A stretch of 64,000 bases of DNA, taken from NCBI GenBank assembly GCA_040219085.1, contig JAVJTC010000009.1, positions 164,539 to 228,538 of the forward strand, given 5' to 3'. Within the stretch, counting starts at the first letter, position 1, and every line of letters begins with the position of its first letter. The stretch comes from Acidimicrobiales bacterium. Its GTDB lineage: Bacteria > Actinomycetota > Acidimicrobiia > Acidimicrobiales > JAVJTC01. This document shows positions 27,604-36,472 of the stretch, piece after piece. The translations under genes were made by a program, and so were the position numbers. Under the pieces are notes generated by a model. The model saw only the letters and a program-made list of their open reading frames with translations. It did no database searches and was not told where the DNA came from.

Positions 27604-28722
27604 TCATTGCCCGAACTCGGCGCGGATGGCCGCTCCGTGTTGGTCGAGAGCCGGCACCGGCATCATCGTCTCCCAGTCCGCATTCACAGCGGGTGCCGGT
27701 AGTTCGAACGAGCCGAGTTCGTGGGGCACCGTGACCCGCCGCAGCTGGGGATGGGCCGACAACCCGGCCACGTCGTTCACGACGCCGAATGCGATCCGCG
27801 ACGCCGCGAGCCGACTGCGGATCTCAGCGCTGTCCAGCCGGGCGAATCCCTCTGCGACGACAGCGTCCGTCTCGCCACGGTTGGCGACACGGTCCTCGTT
27901 GGTCGCGAACCGCTCATCGTCACCGAGTTCCGGTCGCTCGAGGAGGTCGGTGCACAGGACCCGCCACTCGCGGTCCGACTGCACCGAGATCAAGATGGTG
28001 TCGCCGTCGGCGGTGTCGAAGCCCCCGTACGGGGCGATCGAGGGATGTGCCAGACCCACCCGCTCGGGGGCGCGACCCAGGTAGTCGTGGTGCAGCAGGG
28101 GAACCGTCATCCATTCGGCCATGGTGGCGAACAGGGAGGTCTCGAGGTGGGCTCCCGTCCCGTCGCGGGCCTGGCGCAGGAGGGCCTGGCTCACGGCCAG
28201 CGCGGCAGCCTGACCGGTGGCGATGTCGGCCAGCGATACTCCCACCCGCCCGTAGGGGCCGGGCGCACCCGACACGGCGACCACGCCGCTCTCGGCCTGC
28301 ACGAGCAGGTCGTACGCCTTCATCGCGGCGTAGGGCCCCTCGGTGCCGTAGCCGGATATCTCACAGACCACCAGACGCGGATCACGCTCACGGAGTCGGT
28401 CGGCACCGAAGCCGAGTCGCCCTGCGGCGCCGACGGCGAGGTTCTGGATGAACACGTCGGCGCGGGCGACGATTCCGTCGAGGAGGTCCCGGTCGGCGTC
28501 GTCCTTCAGGTCGAGCGCGATGGACTCCTTGCCCCGGTTGAGCCACGCGAAGTAGCTCGACAGTCCGTTCGCAGCCACGTCGTACCCGCGGGCGAAGTCA
28601 CCCTCGGGTCGTTCGACCTTGATCACGCGGGCCCCGGCGTCGGCCAACAGGCGGGAGGCGAACGGCGCCGCGACGGCCTGTTCGAGAGCGACGGCGAGGA
28701 GTCCGTCGAGCGGGGCGAGCAT
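27604..28722 (-). CDS. Family III (CaiB/BaiF-type) CoA-transferase
   Basis: N-terminus LDGLLAVALEQAVAAPFASRLLADAGARVIKVERPEGDFAR is typical of CaiB/BaiF. The ATG at 28722 is chosen because the track's extra 15 aa would cover the conserved box. Confidence 0.88.
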   Translation of the reverse strand: MLAPLDGLLAVALEQAVAAPFASRLLADAGARVIKVERPEGDFARGYDVAANGLSSYFAWLNRGKESIALDLKDDADRDLLDGIVARADVFIQNLAVGAAGRLGFGADRLRERDPRLVVCEISGYGTEGPYAAMKAYDLLVQAESGVVAVSGAPGPYGRVGVSLADIATGQAAALAVSQALLRQARDGTGAHLETSLFATMAEWMTVPLLHHDYLGRAPERVGLAHPSIAPYGGFDTADGDTILISVQSDREWRVLCTDLLERPELGDDERFATNEDRVANRGETDAVVAEGFARLDSAEIRSRLAASRIAFGVVNDVAGLSAHPQLRRVTVPHELGSFELPAPAVNADWETMMPVPALDQHGAAIRAEFGQ

Positions 28723-28723
28723 G

Positions 28724-28738
28724 TCCGGAAACGTTACC
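28724..28738. promoter_or_regulatory. Box TCCGGAAACGTTACC (reverse complement GGTAACGTTTCCGGA)
   Basis: Read directly. It sits immediately upstream (2 nt) of the CaiB-like ATG at 28722. Confidence 0.55.
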
Positions 28739-28791
28739 GACAGGTTCCGCGAGGGGCAAGGTCGCATGTGCGGAACACGCCCATGGGCGTC

Positions 28792-29754
28792 TCAGCCCCC
28801 GGTCACCTCGTTGTCCCAGCTCGCCTCGATGGCGAGGATCAGGTTCCCGATGGCGTCGTTCACGGGTGTGGGGATGTCGTGGCGGCGGCCCCGGGCTGAC
28901 ACCTCGCCACACAGCGAGTCGATCTCGGTGCGGCGCCGCTCCTTGACGTCGACGGCCATCGACGCCCAGTGGTCACCGACCGCCCGATAGGTGCTCATGG
29001 CGTGGTCCGACACCTCTCCGAAGTCGAGGTCCACGCCCTCGGCGGCCGCCACAGCGAGGATCTCCGACAGCATCGCCCGCCAGGTGCTCATCGCCCGGGG
29101 GCTGGCGACCATGTCCCCGACAGAGATCTGTGACAGGGCCGTGAGAGCGCCCGCCGTTCCCGCCATGGCGAGCTTGGTCCACAGGACCTTGTCGCCGTCG
29201 CGCAGCACCTCGGCCCTCATGCCTGCGTCGGTGAAGACCGCGGCAACCGCCTCGGCCTCCGGGGAGACCTTCGTCGCCCCGTGCGGCGGCCCGAACTGGG
29301 TGAGTGAGGTCTGGGCGGTCACGGTCCCCGAGACCGAGACCACACCGGGCTCCAGATACGTAGCCCCGACAGTCGTCGTGCCGGGCATCACACGGTCCGC
29401 TCCGACCACCTCGGCCATTCGGGACTCGTTGCCCAGGCCGTTCTGCGCGGACACGACCCACGTCTCGGGGCCGACGGCATGGGCCACCGCGCGCACGGCG
29501 TCGGTCGTCGCCCACGTCTTCGTCATGACCAGCACGAGGTCGCAGACACCCAACTCGGTCGGATCCGCGGTCGCCTTCGAGAAGACCGCGGTCTCGGTGG
29601 ACCCGTCGCCGTGACGGATGGTCAGACCGCCTGCGCTGACAGCATCCATGTGGTCGGCGCGAACGTCGTACAACGCAACGTCGTGGCCGGCGCGGGCGAG
29701 CAGCCCGCCCATCGCCGATCCCATCGCACCGGCCCCGGCGACGACGACCCTCAC
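28792..29754 (-). CDS. 2-dehydropantoate 2-reductase (ApbA/PanE)-family oxidoreductase
   Basis: VRVVVAGAGAMGSAMGGLLARAGHDV Rossmann N-terminus. The GTG at 29754 is chosen because the track's 106-aa extension is Arg-rich. Confidence 0.82.
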   Translation of the reverse strand: MRVVVAGAGAMGSAMGGLLARAGHDVALYDVRADHMDAVSAGGLTIRHGDGSTETAVFSKATADPTELGVCDLVLVMTKTWATTDAVRAVAHAVGPETWVVSAQNGLGNESRMAEVVGADRVMPGTTTVGATYLEPGVVSVSGTVTAQTSLTQFGPPHGATKVSPEAEAVAAVFTDAGMRAEVLRDGDKVLWTKLAMAGTAGALTALSQISVGDMVASPRAMSTWRAMLSEILAVAAAEGVDLDFGEVSDHAMSTYRAVGDHWASMAVDVKERRRTEIDSLCGEVSARGRRHDIPTPVNDAIGNLILAIEASWDNEVTGG

Positions 29755-29807
29755 GTCGGTGATCCGGTCCCGGGTGCCTGGCGTCGATCGGTGTCCATGG
29801 CAGCTCC

Positions 29808-30248
29808 TCAGCGACCGAGAAATCGAGTCGGTCGCACGAACACAGCCGTACGCCGTTCCTCGAGCATCACACGGTCGTAGGCCTCCCAGTCGTCGTGGGT
29901 TCCCCCGGCCCCCCGGAACACCTCCCGCAGCACGTGCGACAACGAGGCTGCTTCGACATCGGCGAGGGGATCGTCGGGCCCGAACAGCTCGGTGGTTCCC
30001 TCGACGCCGATCCACTCCCACCCGGCAGTCCACGTCACCGCCACGAAGCCGTGCTCCCGTAGGCGCCGGCACTTGTAGGAGCCCCCGCGCACGACGAAGC
30101 CGACGACCGGTTCGCCCGAACCGGGATGGTCCACCACCCCTGCGTTGACGAGCGACGCCTGCGGGGTCCCGTCCGCTCGGACGAGCGAGACCACGGCGAG
30201 GCCGTGGTTGCGCCCGACGAAGGATGTGACGTCGGTCAGGTCCGCCAT
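29808..30248 (-). CDS. PPOX-class (pyridoxamine-5'-phosphate-oxidase fold) probable F420-dependent enzyme
   Basis: 146 aa. The pattern VGRNHGLAVVSLVRADGTPQASLV...VVRGGSYKCRRLRE is typical of actinobacterial PPOX/F420 split-barrel proteins. Confidence 0.75.
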   Translation of the reverse strand: MADLTDVTSFVGRNHGLAVVSLVRADGTPQASLVNAGVVDHPGSGEPVVGFVVRGGSYKCRRLREHGFVAVTWTAGWEWIGVEGTTELFGPDDPLADVEAASLSHVLREVFRGAGGTHDDWEAYDRVMLEERRTAVFVRPTRFLGR

Positions 30249-30270
30249 CGGGTTCTCCGTTGCGTCGGGG

Positions 30271-31902
30271 TCAGCGTTCCACGACGTACCCGTGGGCCTC
30301 GCGGTCCCACGTGTCGTCGGTCACCCCATCTTCGCGGAGACGGAACTTCTGCACCCGCTCGGAGGCGTTCTTCGGCAGGCCGTCCATCCAGCGGATGAAC
30401 CGCGGCACGGCGAAGTGGGCCATACGGGGCGAGCACCAGTCCAGCAGGTCGACTTCTGAAACGGTGTGGCCCTCTTTCACGACGACGCACACCATCACCT
30501 CCTCCTCGGAGAGCTCCGACGAGACGCCGATGACGGCGGACTCGGCGACCGCCTCGTGGGTGTTCACGATCGACTCGACCTCGTAGGACGAGATGTTCTC
30601 CCCCCGCCGCCGGACGCAGTCCTTCATCCGGTCGATGAAGGTGAGGTAGCCGTCCTCGTCGAAGCGGCCGCGGTCGCCGGTGTGGAACCACAGGTTCCGC
30701 CACGACTCCACGGTCTTGTCGGGCATCTCGTAGTAGCCCGAGAAGGCCACGAACGGCTTCTTGGGACGTACCACGATCTCGCCGGCCTCACCGGCAGGCA
30801 GGGGCCGGTCCTTCTCGTCGACGACCCGGACGTGGTACGTCGGCGACTCCCGGCCGGCCCGTCCGACCTTGCGCTCCCACACGGGGTTCTGGATGGTGTT
30901 GGCAACCTCGGTGGACCCATAGATCTCGGTGAAGCGCAGGTCGAAACGCTCCTCGAACGGTTCCCACAGCTCCGCGGGGGTCGGAGCCCCGAACCCGTAC
31001 CGCACCGGGTTGTCGGCGTCGTCGGCGCGCTCGGGCTGCTTCCACAGGATGGTCAACAGCGCGCCCATGTAGTTGAAGGCCGTCACGCCGCGTTCGCGGC
31101 ACATGTCCCAGAACGTCGACGCCGAGAACCGCTGATCCATCACCGCCGACGCGTCAGCGGCCATCGCCGCGAGAACCGTCGTGTAGCGGGCGTTGATGTG
31201 GAACAGCGGGAACGCCGAATAGAGGTGGTCGGCGCTGTCGTAGCCCATCAGCCACGCGGTGTGGCGAGCGAGGCTCAGGTTCGCCTCGTGGGACAGCATC
31301 GCGCCCTTCGAGGGGCCGGTGGTCCCCGACGTGTACATGATCACGGCGGTGTCGCTCAGCGCGAGGTCCGGCTCGGGGTACGTGCCCTCGCCGTAGAGCG
31401 AGGGCAACTCGTGCAGGGTCACGTGGTCGGGGAGGACCGGCGTGCCCTCGTCGCCCTCACGGTGCACGACCACGTGGCGCAGCTCGGGAAGATCGGGCGC
31501 GAGCTGTGCGACCCGATCGAGGAACTCCTCGTCCACGACGACCGCCGCCGAACGCGACTGGCGCAACAGGTACGAGAGAGTGTCACCGCGGTTTGCGTTG
31601 TTGATCGGCACCTCGACGACGCCCGCCGTGGTCAGCCCGAACCAGAGGTCGACCGACGGGATCGAGTTCTTCATCATCGACGCCACGTGGTCACCGGCGA
31701 CCAACCCGAGCTCACCGGTGAACCCCGACGCGACCCGGGCCGCATCAGTCGCCAGCTGTGCGTAGGTGCGTCGCTCTCCCATGATCTCGAGCGCGACCTT
31801 GTCGCCGTTGCGGTCCGCCTTCTGCCGGACCCACGGCCCGATGACGCGGGCCTCGTCGTCGGGTACCACCCAGACGTCCCTGCCGCCCGAGGGCGTGTTC
31901 AC
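30271..31902 (-). CDS. AMP-dependent acyl-CoA ligase (CaiC/FadD-like), copy 2 of a tandem pair
   Basis: MYTSGTTGPSKG, YGSTE, WFHTGDRG and the A10 lysine in SERVQKFRLRE. The start overlaps the upstream ligase stop by 4 bp. Confidence 0.92.
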   Translation of the reverse strand: MNTPSGGRDVWVVPDDEARVIGPWVRQKADRNGDKVALEIMGERRTYAQLATDAARVASGFTGELGLVAGDHVASMMKNSIPSVDLWFGLTTAGVVEVPINNANRGDTLSYLLRQSRSAAVVVDEEFLDRVAQLAPDLPELRHVVVHREGDEGTPVLPDHVTLHELPSLYGEGTYPEPDLALSDTAVIMYTSGTTGPSKGAMLSHEANLSLARHTAWLMGYDSADHLYSAFPLFHINARYTTVLAAMAADASAVMDQRFSASTFWDMCRERGVTAFNYMGALLTILWKQPERADDADNPVRYGFGAPTPAELWEPFEERFDLRFTEIYGSTEVANTIQNPVWERKVGRAGRESPTYHVRVVDEKDRPLPAGEAGEIVVRPKKPFVAFSGYYEMPDKTVESWRNLWFHTGDRGRFDEDGYLTFIDRMKDCVRRRGENISSYEVESIVNTHEAVAESAVIGVSSELSEEEVMVCVVVKEGHTVSEVDLLDWCSPRMAHFAVPRFIRWMDGLPKNASERVQKFRLREDGVTDDTWDREAHGYVVER

Positions 31903-33488
31903 CGGCGCACCTCGTAGCCGACCGACTCCCGGTCCCAGGTGTCGTCGGTGAGGCCCTCCTCACGGAGCTTGTATTTCTCGATGCGCTGGGAGGGCGTGCG
32001 TGGCATGGCGTCGACGAACCGGACGTAGCGTGGGACGGCGAAGTGGGCCATCCGATCCTGACAGTGGTCGAGCAGCTCCACGGGGTCCAACTCGGCGTCC
32101 TCGTTCAGCTGGATGACGACGAGGACCTCCTCTTCCGTGAGCTCGGAGGGAACGCCGACGACGGCGGCATCGAGAACCGCCGGATGATCCGCGATCACCT
32201 TCTCGACCTCCCACGAAGAGATGTTCTCGCCGCGGCGGCGGATGGCGTCCTTCATCCGGTCGACGAAGGTGAAGTAGCCGTCGGTGTCCATCACGCCACG
32301 GTCGCCGGTGTGGAACCACAGGTTCCGGAACGCCTTCACCGTCGCCTCGGGGTTGCGGTAGTACTCGGTGAACATGACGTACGGTTCCTTCGGCCGCACG
32401 ACGATCTCGCCCTCGGTGCCCGGCGGGACCTCGTTGTCCATCTCGTCGAAGATCTTCACGTCGTAGTAGGGGACGGCGAACCCGCACGACCCCAGCTTGA
32501 AGTTCTCGACGGTGTTCATGGTGGCCGTACCGGTCTCGGTTGACCCGTAGACCTCGACGATCTTCACGTCGAAGCGCTTCTCGAACGCCTCGTGGATCTC
32601 CACTGGTGACGGCGCGCCGTAGGCCCGCCGCACGGGGTTGTCGGCGTCGTCGTCGCGTTCAGGCTGTTTGAACAGCATCATCAACAGGGCGCCCATGTAG
32701 TTGATCGCCGTGACGCCCTCCGCCCGGCAGAAGTCCCAGAAGCGACTGGCCGAGAAGCGGTCGTGCATGACGCAGTCGCTGTCGTCGAGGACGAGCCCCG
32801 GCAGGATCGTGTTGTACCGGGCGTTGACGTGGAACAGCGGGAAGACGGTGAAGAGTCGCTCGCCGGCGCCGTAGCCCATGAGGTCGATCACGTTCGTGCA
32901 GAGTCGGAAGTTGGCCTTGTGGCTGAGCACCGCGCCCTTGGAGGGACCCGTCGTGCCCGACGTGAACAGAATGACCGACGGGTCCTCGGTGGCGACTGCC
33001 ACGCCGGGGTCGGTGGTCGCGGCGGATGCGACGAATCCGGCGAAGTCGTGGGTCGTCACCCCGGCGACCGACTGGACCGCGCCGTCGCCCACCACGACGA
33101 CATGATCGAGCGTCTCGAGCCGGGCCGCGACGGCGGCGACGCGGTCCACCCACTGTCGGGCCACGACAATCGCCCGGCACTCGGCCTGATTCAACAGGTA
33201 TGCGAAGAGGTCGCCCTTGTAGGCGACGTTGATCGGCACCTCGACGACGCCGAGGCGGCACAGCCCGGTCCACGTCACCAGGTACTCGGGCCCGTTCGGC
33301 AACATCACGGCGACCTTGTCGCCCTTGCCGATGCCGAGCGACACCAACGCGTTCGCAATCCTGTTCCCGCCGTCACTCAGCTCACCGAAGGTCAGTTCGG
33401 TCTCCTCGAACCGGACGAACCGGCGGTCGCCGTCGTTCTCGGCCCGGTGCGCGACGACCGCTCCGAAAGTCTCGATCCCGTCGTACAT
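31899..33488 (-). CDS. AMP-dependent acyl-CoA ligase (CaiC/FadD-like), copy 1 of a tandem pair
   Basis: LFTSGTTGPSKG, YGSTE, WFHTGDRG and PSQRIEKYKLRE motifs. Confidence 0.92.
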   Translation of the reverse strand: MYDGIETFGAVVAHRAENDGDRRFVRFEETELTFGELSDGGNRIANALVSLGIGKGDKVAVMLPNGPEYLVTWTGLCRLGVVEVPINVAYKGDLFAYLLNQAECRAIVVARQWVDRVAAVAARLETLDHVVVVGDGAVQSVAGVTTHDFAGFVASAATTDPGVAVATEDPSVILFTSGTTGPSKGAVLSHKANFRLCTNVIDLMGYGAGERLFTVFPLFHVNARYNTILPGLVLDDSDCVMHDRFSASRFWDFCRAEGVTAINYMGALLMMLFKQPERDDDADNPVRRAYGAPSPVEIHEAFEKRFDVKIVEVYGSTETGTATMNTVENFKLGSCGFAVPYYDVKIFDEMDNEVPPGTEGEIVVRPKEPYVMFTEYYRNPEATVKAFRNLWFHTGDRGVMDTDGYFTFVDRMKDAIRRRGENISSWEVEKVIADHPAVLDAAVVGVPSELTEEEVLVVIQLNEDAELDPVELLDHCQDRMAHFAVPRYVRFVDAMPRTPSQRIEKYKLREEGLTDDTWDRESVGYEVRR

Positions 33489-33509
33489 GTCGTCCGCGGG
33501 CCCCGGGCG

Positions 33510-34580
33510 CTACTTCAGCGCGATCGGGTTGATCGGCGAGCCGACGGCACCGGGAATCACGAGTGGTTGCGAGGCGAGCATGAACTCGTAACGACCATCG
33601 GCGGCGCAGTCCTCGGCCAGTTCGTCGAGAACCCAGAACTCGCCGAGGGTCAGGCCGAGGTCGATGAGACAGGAGTGGTGCACCGGCAGGATGCGGCTCT
33701 GCTCCTCCTTCGGCTGCAGCACCTCCACGGCGATGGTGTCGGAGGCGGCCGCCGAGATCTCGTTGTCGTGGAGCCAGCCGACGCTGGACTCCGCCAGTCC
33801 CGGTGACGCGTAGAAGTACTCCATCTTCGCGGCCTCCCCCTCGATACCCCACCACTTGCCGAGGTACCCGGTGCGCAACAGGACGATGTCACCCGAATGG
33901 ATCTCACAGCCCTGGGCCTCCACGCACGCCTCGAGCTCGGGGCGGCCGATCTCGGCCATGTCCGGGAGGCAGTCCACCCCCTGGGCCCGGGCGAGGTCCA
34001 ACAGGACGCAGCGGCCGACGAAGGCCTTGCGCATGTGTTCCATCCCGAGGTTCCGGGCTCCCGCGGCGGCGGTCACGTCGCCCGCCCAGTAGCCGTTGTA
34101 CATGGAGTCCTCGGCGCAGAAGTGACCGAATCCGTCCCACTGCGTGGACCCCTGCAACGGCATCTGCAACATGTCGTCGTTCCACTGGTAGCCGGACACC
34201 TCGGCCTGGGCGGGGGAGCCGACGATCGCGTCGGATCCGGCCATGATGAACCAGTGCAGCGGAGCAGGCCGGGTGGGGAACCTGGGGCCCGACGCGTCGA
34301 TGTCGAGTGCGAGCGAGAACATCTTGCCCTCGGTCACGAGCCTGGCTGCGGCGACGATCTGTTCGGGTCCGACGAGGTTCTGGGTGCCGATCTGGTCGTC
34401 GTCGCCCCAGCGACCCCAGTTGTTCGGCTCGTGCGGCTCATAGCCGCCCCGGACCTTTCCGTTCTCGTCGACGGTGTAGCTCGGCGGCGTCCAGCCTGCT
34501 GCGTAGTCCCCCGGTTCGGTCCGTCCCATGTTGACTCCCCTGTGTTCAGCGTTCGGTGGGCGAGAGTAGCGCCCCGACAA
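33510..34580 (-). CDS. Putative cyclase-family (kynurenine-formamidase-like) hydrolase
   Basis: 356 aa, with a GSTQWDGFGHF region resembling the cyclase-family metal motif. The start may be the ATG at 34529. Confidence 0.65.
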   Translation of the reverse strand: MSGRYSRPPNAEHRGVNMGRTEPGDYAAGWTPPSYTVDENGKVRGGYEPHEPNNWGRWGDDDQIGTQNLVGPEQIVAAARLVTEGKMFSLALDIDASGPRFPTRPAPLHWFIMAGSDAIVGSPAQAEVSGYQWNDDMLQMPLQGSTQWDGFGHFCAEDSMYNGYWAGDVTAAAGARNLGMEHMRKAFVGRCVLLDLARAQGVDCLPDMAEIGRPELEACVEAQGCEIHSGDIVLLRTGYLGKWWGIEGEAAKMEYFYASPGLAESSVGWLHDNEISAAASDTIAVEVLQPKEEQSRILPVHHSCLIDLGLTLGEFWVLDELAEDCAADGRYEFMLASQPLVIPGAVGSPINPIALK

Positions 34581-34601
34581 GACCCGGGCAGCACCGGGGC
34601 C

Positions 34602-35150
34602 TTACCGGGGATCGGGGGTTCTCCCGGACACGACATCGGCTCCGATCTGAGCCTCGGCGGGTTCGGTTCCGGGCCACCGGACGCGCAGCCGATCCGCGAA
34701 TCCCGTCGCCATCTCGGACAGTTTCAACACGTACAGCACCCGCATCCGCCGCTCCTGGAAGCGCCAGCGGCCGTCCACGCGGCGGTAGTCGTCGTGGTAG
34801 CGCAGCGCCACCCGGACACTGTCGCCGTCGATCGTCAGCTCCGCGTGGGCACACACGAGACCAGTGGCGGTGTCATCACCGGTGATGGTGACCTCGTGGG
34901 AATGCGGGTAGTGGTACGTGGCGCCGTATGCGTCGGTCCGTGACCGGACGTGGTCGATGATCGCCTCGGTCCCCTTCGCCCGCCCGGCCGTGAAGTCGAT
35001 GAACGCGTCGGGCGTGTACTGGTCGGCGAGACACTCCCAGTCACGGTCGTCGATGGCCCGGCCGTAGCGGCCGACGAGGGCCCTGATCTCGTCACGATCC
35101 TCCAACCGACGGACCTGCGCTCGCATCTCGGACAGCTCTCGTGACGTCAC
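34602..35150 (-). CDS. SnoaL-like/NTF2-fold protein
   Basis: N-terminus LEDRDEIRALVGRYGRAIDDRDWECLADQYTPDAFIDF is typical of SnoaL_4-type proteins. Confidence 0.8.
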   Translation of the reverse strand: MTSRELSEMRAQVRRLEDRDEIRALVGRYGRAIDDRDWECLADQYTPDAFIDFTAGRAKGTEAIIDHVRSRTDAYGATYHYPHSHEVTITGDDTATGLVCAHAELTIDGDSVRVALRYHDDYRRVDGRWRFQERRMRVLYVLKLSEMATGFADRLRVRWPGTEPAEAQIGADVVSGRTPDPR

Positions 35151-35224
35151 GGAGGCGACCCTAGCCCCATGACCGGCGCCGCTTCCTCACATGCGCGACA
35201 CGCCCACCCAACTACAGTCGCCGC

Positions 35225-36472
35225 GTGAGCGCAGCCAGAGGGGGAGGCCGCGTGACCGACGGCGGTACGCGCTCGGACACGCCACGACGGGAGCTCTCTG
35301 TCGTTCTCGTGGTGGCCGTCGCAACCGTGGCGATCGGAGCCGGCTCGATCCTCGGATTCCTAGCCGGGTTCGTGGGTACGGCCATCCGCGACGACCTCGG
35401 CCTCGACCGCTGGCACATCGGCCTACTCGTGAGCGTCCACTTCGGCTGCACCGGCCTCGGGTCGATCACCGCCGGGCGCATCACGGATGCCGTCGGCGCG
35501 CGGTTGTCCGTGGTGATCGACCTGGCGCTCGTGATGACCGTCGGGGTTCTCGCTGCAGTGATCGGGACCTACTGGATGCTCATCGTCGCAGCTGTCGTCG
35601 CCGGGTTCGGCTACGCCCTGGCCAACACGGGCACCAACGTCGCCGTCGCCCGGGTGGTCAGCGTGGAGCGCCGCACGGTGGCACTGTCGATCAAGACCGG
35701 TGGGATCCCCGCGATGACCGGGATCAGCGCGGCGGTCGGTCCGTGGGCGGCCGACGCCTTCAGCTGGCAGGCCATCACCGCCGCGCTGTGCATCGGCGCC
35801 GGTGCCGTCGGCGTGGCCTGCTTCTTCGTCCTCCCCGACGACCGGCCGATGAAGGGAGTGACCATCCACCGTCGACTCCCCCGCGGCTTCGGCTGGTTCC
35901 CGGTGGCCTCGTTCCTTCTCATCGCCGGATCACAGCCGATGTACTCGTGGTCCGTGCCCTACCTCGAGGAGGAGTTCTCGACATCGGCACGCACCGCCGG
36001 GCTGATCGTCGCGATGTCGTCGTTCATCGGTGTCGGCGTCATGGTGCTCAACGGGATCCGCTCGGACAGAGTCGGCCCCGGACGTCGCATCGCAGTCGTC
36101 ATCACGCTCTGCGGGATCGTCGGGGCGGCGAACCTGCTCGCAGTCCTCGGCATCGGCGTCGGCATCGGCCTCGCGATCGTCGCGATCGTCGCCGGCATCG
36201 CGTTCCAGTTGGCTGCCATCGGCACGATGCACGCGGCTGTCGTGGACCGGGCCGGGCCCGCCGTCGCGCGCGCGACCGGCGTGACGATGACCGGCTACTA
36301 CCTGGGAGCCCTCGCGTCCCCGGTTGCGTTCGGGGCGTTCGTGGACTGGACCGGCAGCTACACCTGGCCGTGGTTCCTGCTGATGATCGTGATGGTGTTC
36401 GCCGGGACCGCCTTCGTCTTCGCCGGTCGGGTGGAGCCAGTGACGGGCGGAGATCTGAGGACCAGTCGGTGA
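35225..36472 (+). CDS. MFS transporter
   Basis: About 12 hydrophobic helices and an MFS-like loop GRITDAVGAR. It lies in a different frame from the spurious 909-aa track ORF. Confidence 0.85.
   Translation: MSAARGGGRVTDGGTRSDTPRRELSVVLVVAVATVAIGAGSILGFLAGFVGTAIRDDLGLDRWHIGLLVSVHFGCTGLGSITAGRITDAVGARLSVVIDLALVMTVGVLAAVIGTYWMLIVAAVVAGFGYALANTGTNVAVARVVSVERRTVALSIKTGGIPAMTGISAAVGPWAADAFSWQAITAALCIGAGAVGVACFFVLPDDRPMKGVTIHRRLPRGFGWFPVASFLLIAGSQPMYSWSVPYLEEEFSTSARTAGLIVAMSSFIGVGVMVLNGIRSDRVGPGRRIAVVITLCGIVGAANLLAVLGIGVGIGLAIVAIVAGIAFQLAAIGTMHAAVVDRAGPAVARATGVTMTGYYLGALASPVAFGAFVDWTGSYTWPWFLLMIVMVFAGTAFVFAGRVEPVTGGDLRTSR

Noticed and set aside
35191-36468. First 426 codons of the 909-aa ORF 35191..37920
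   Set aside because: The Arg/His/Pro-rich translation has no motif and overlaps the convincing MFS gene (35225..36472) in a different frame. The real flavoprotein starts at the GTG at 36469, just before its GxGxxG motif.
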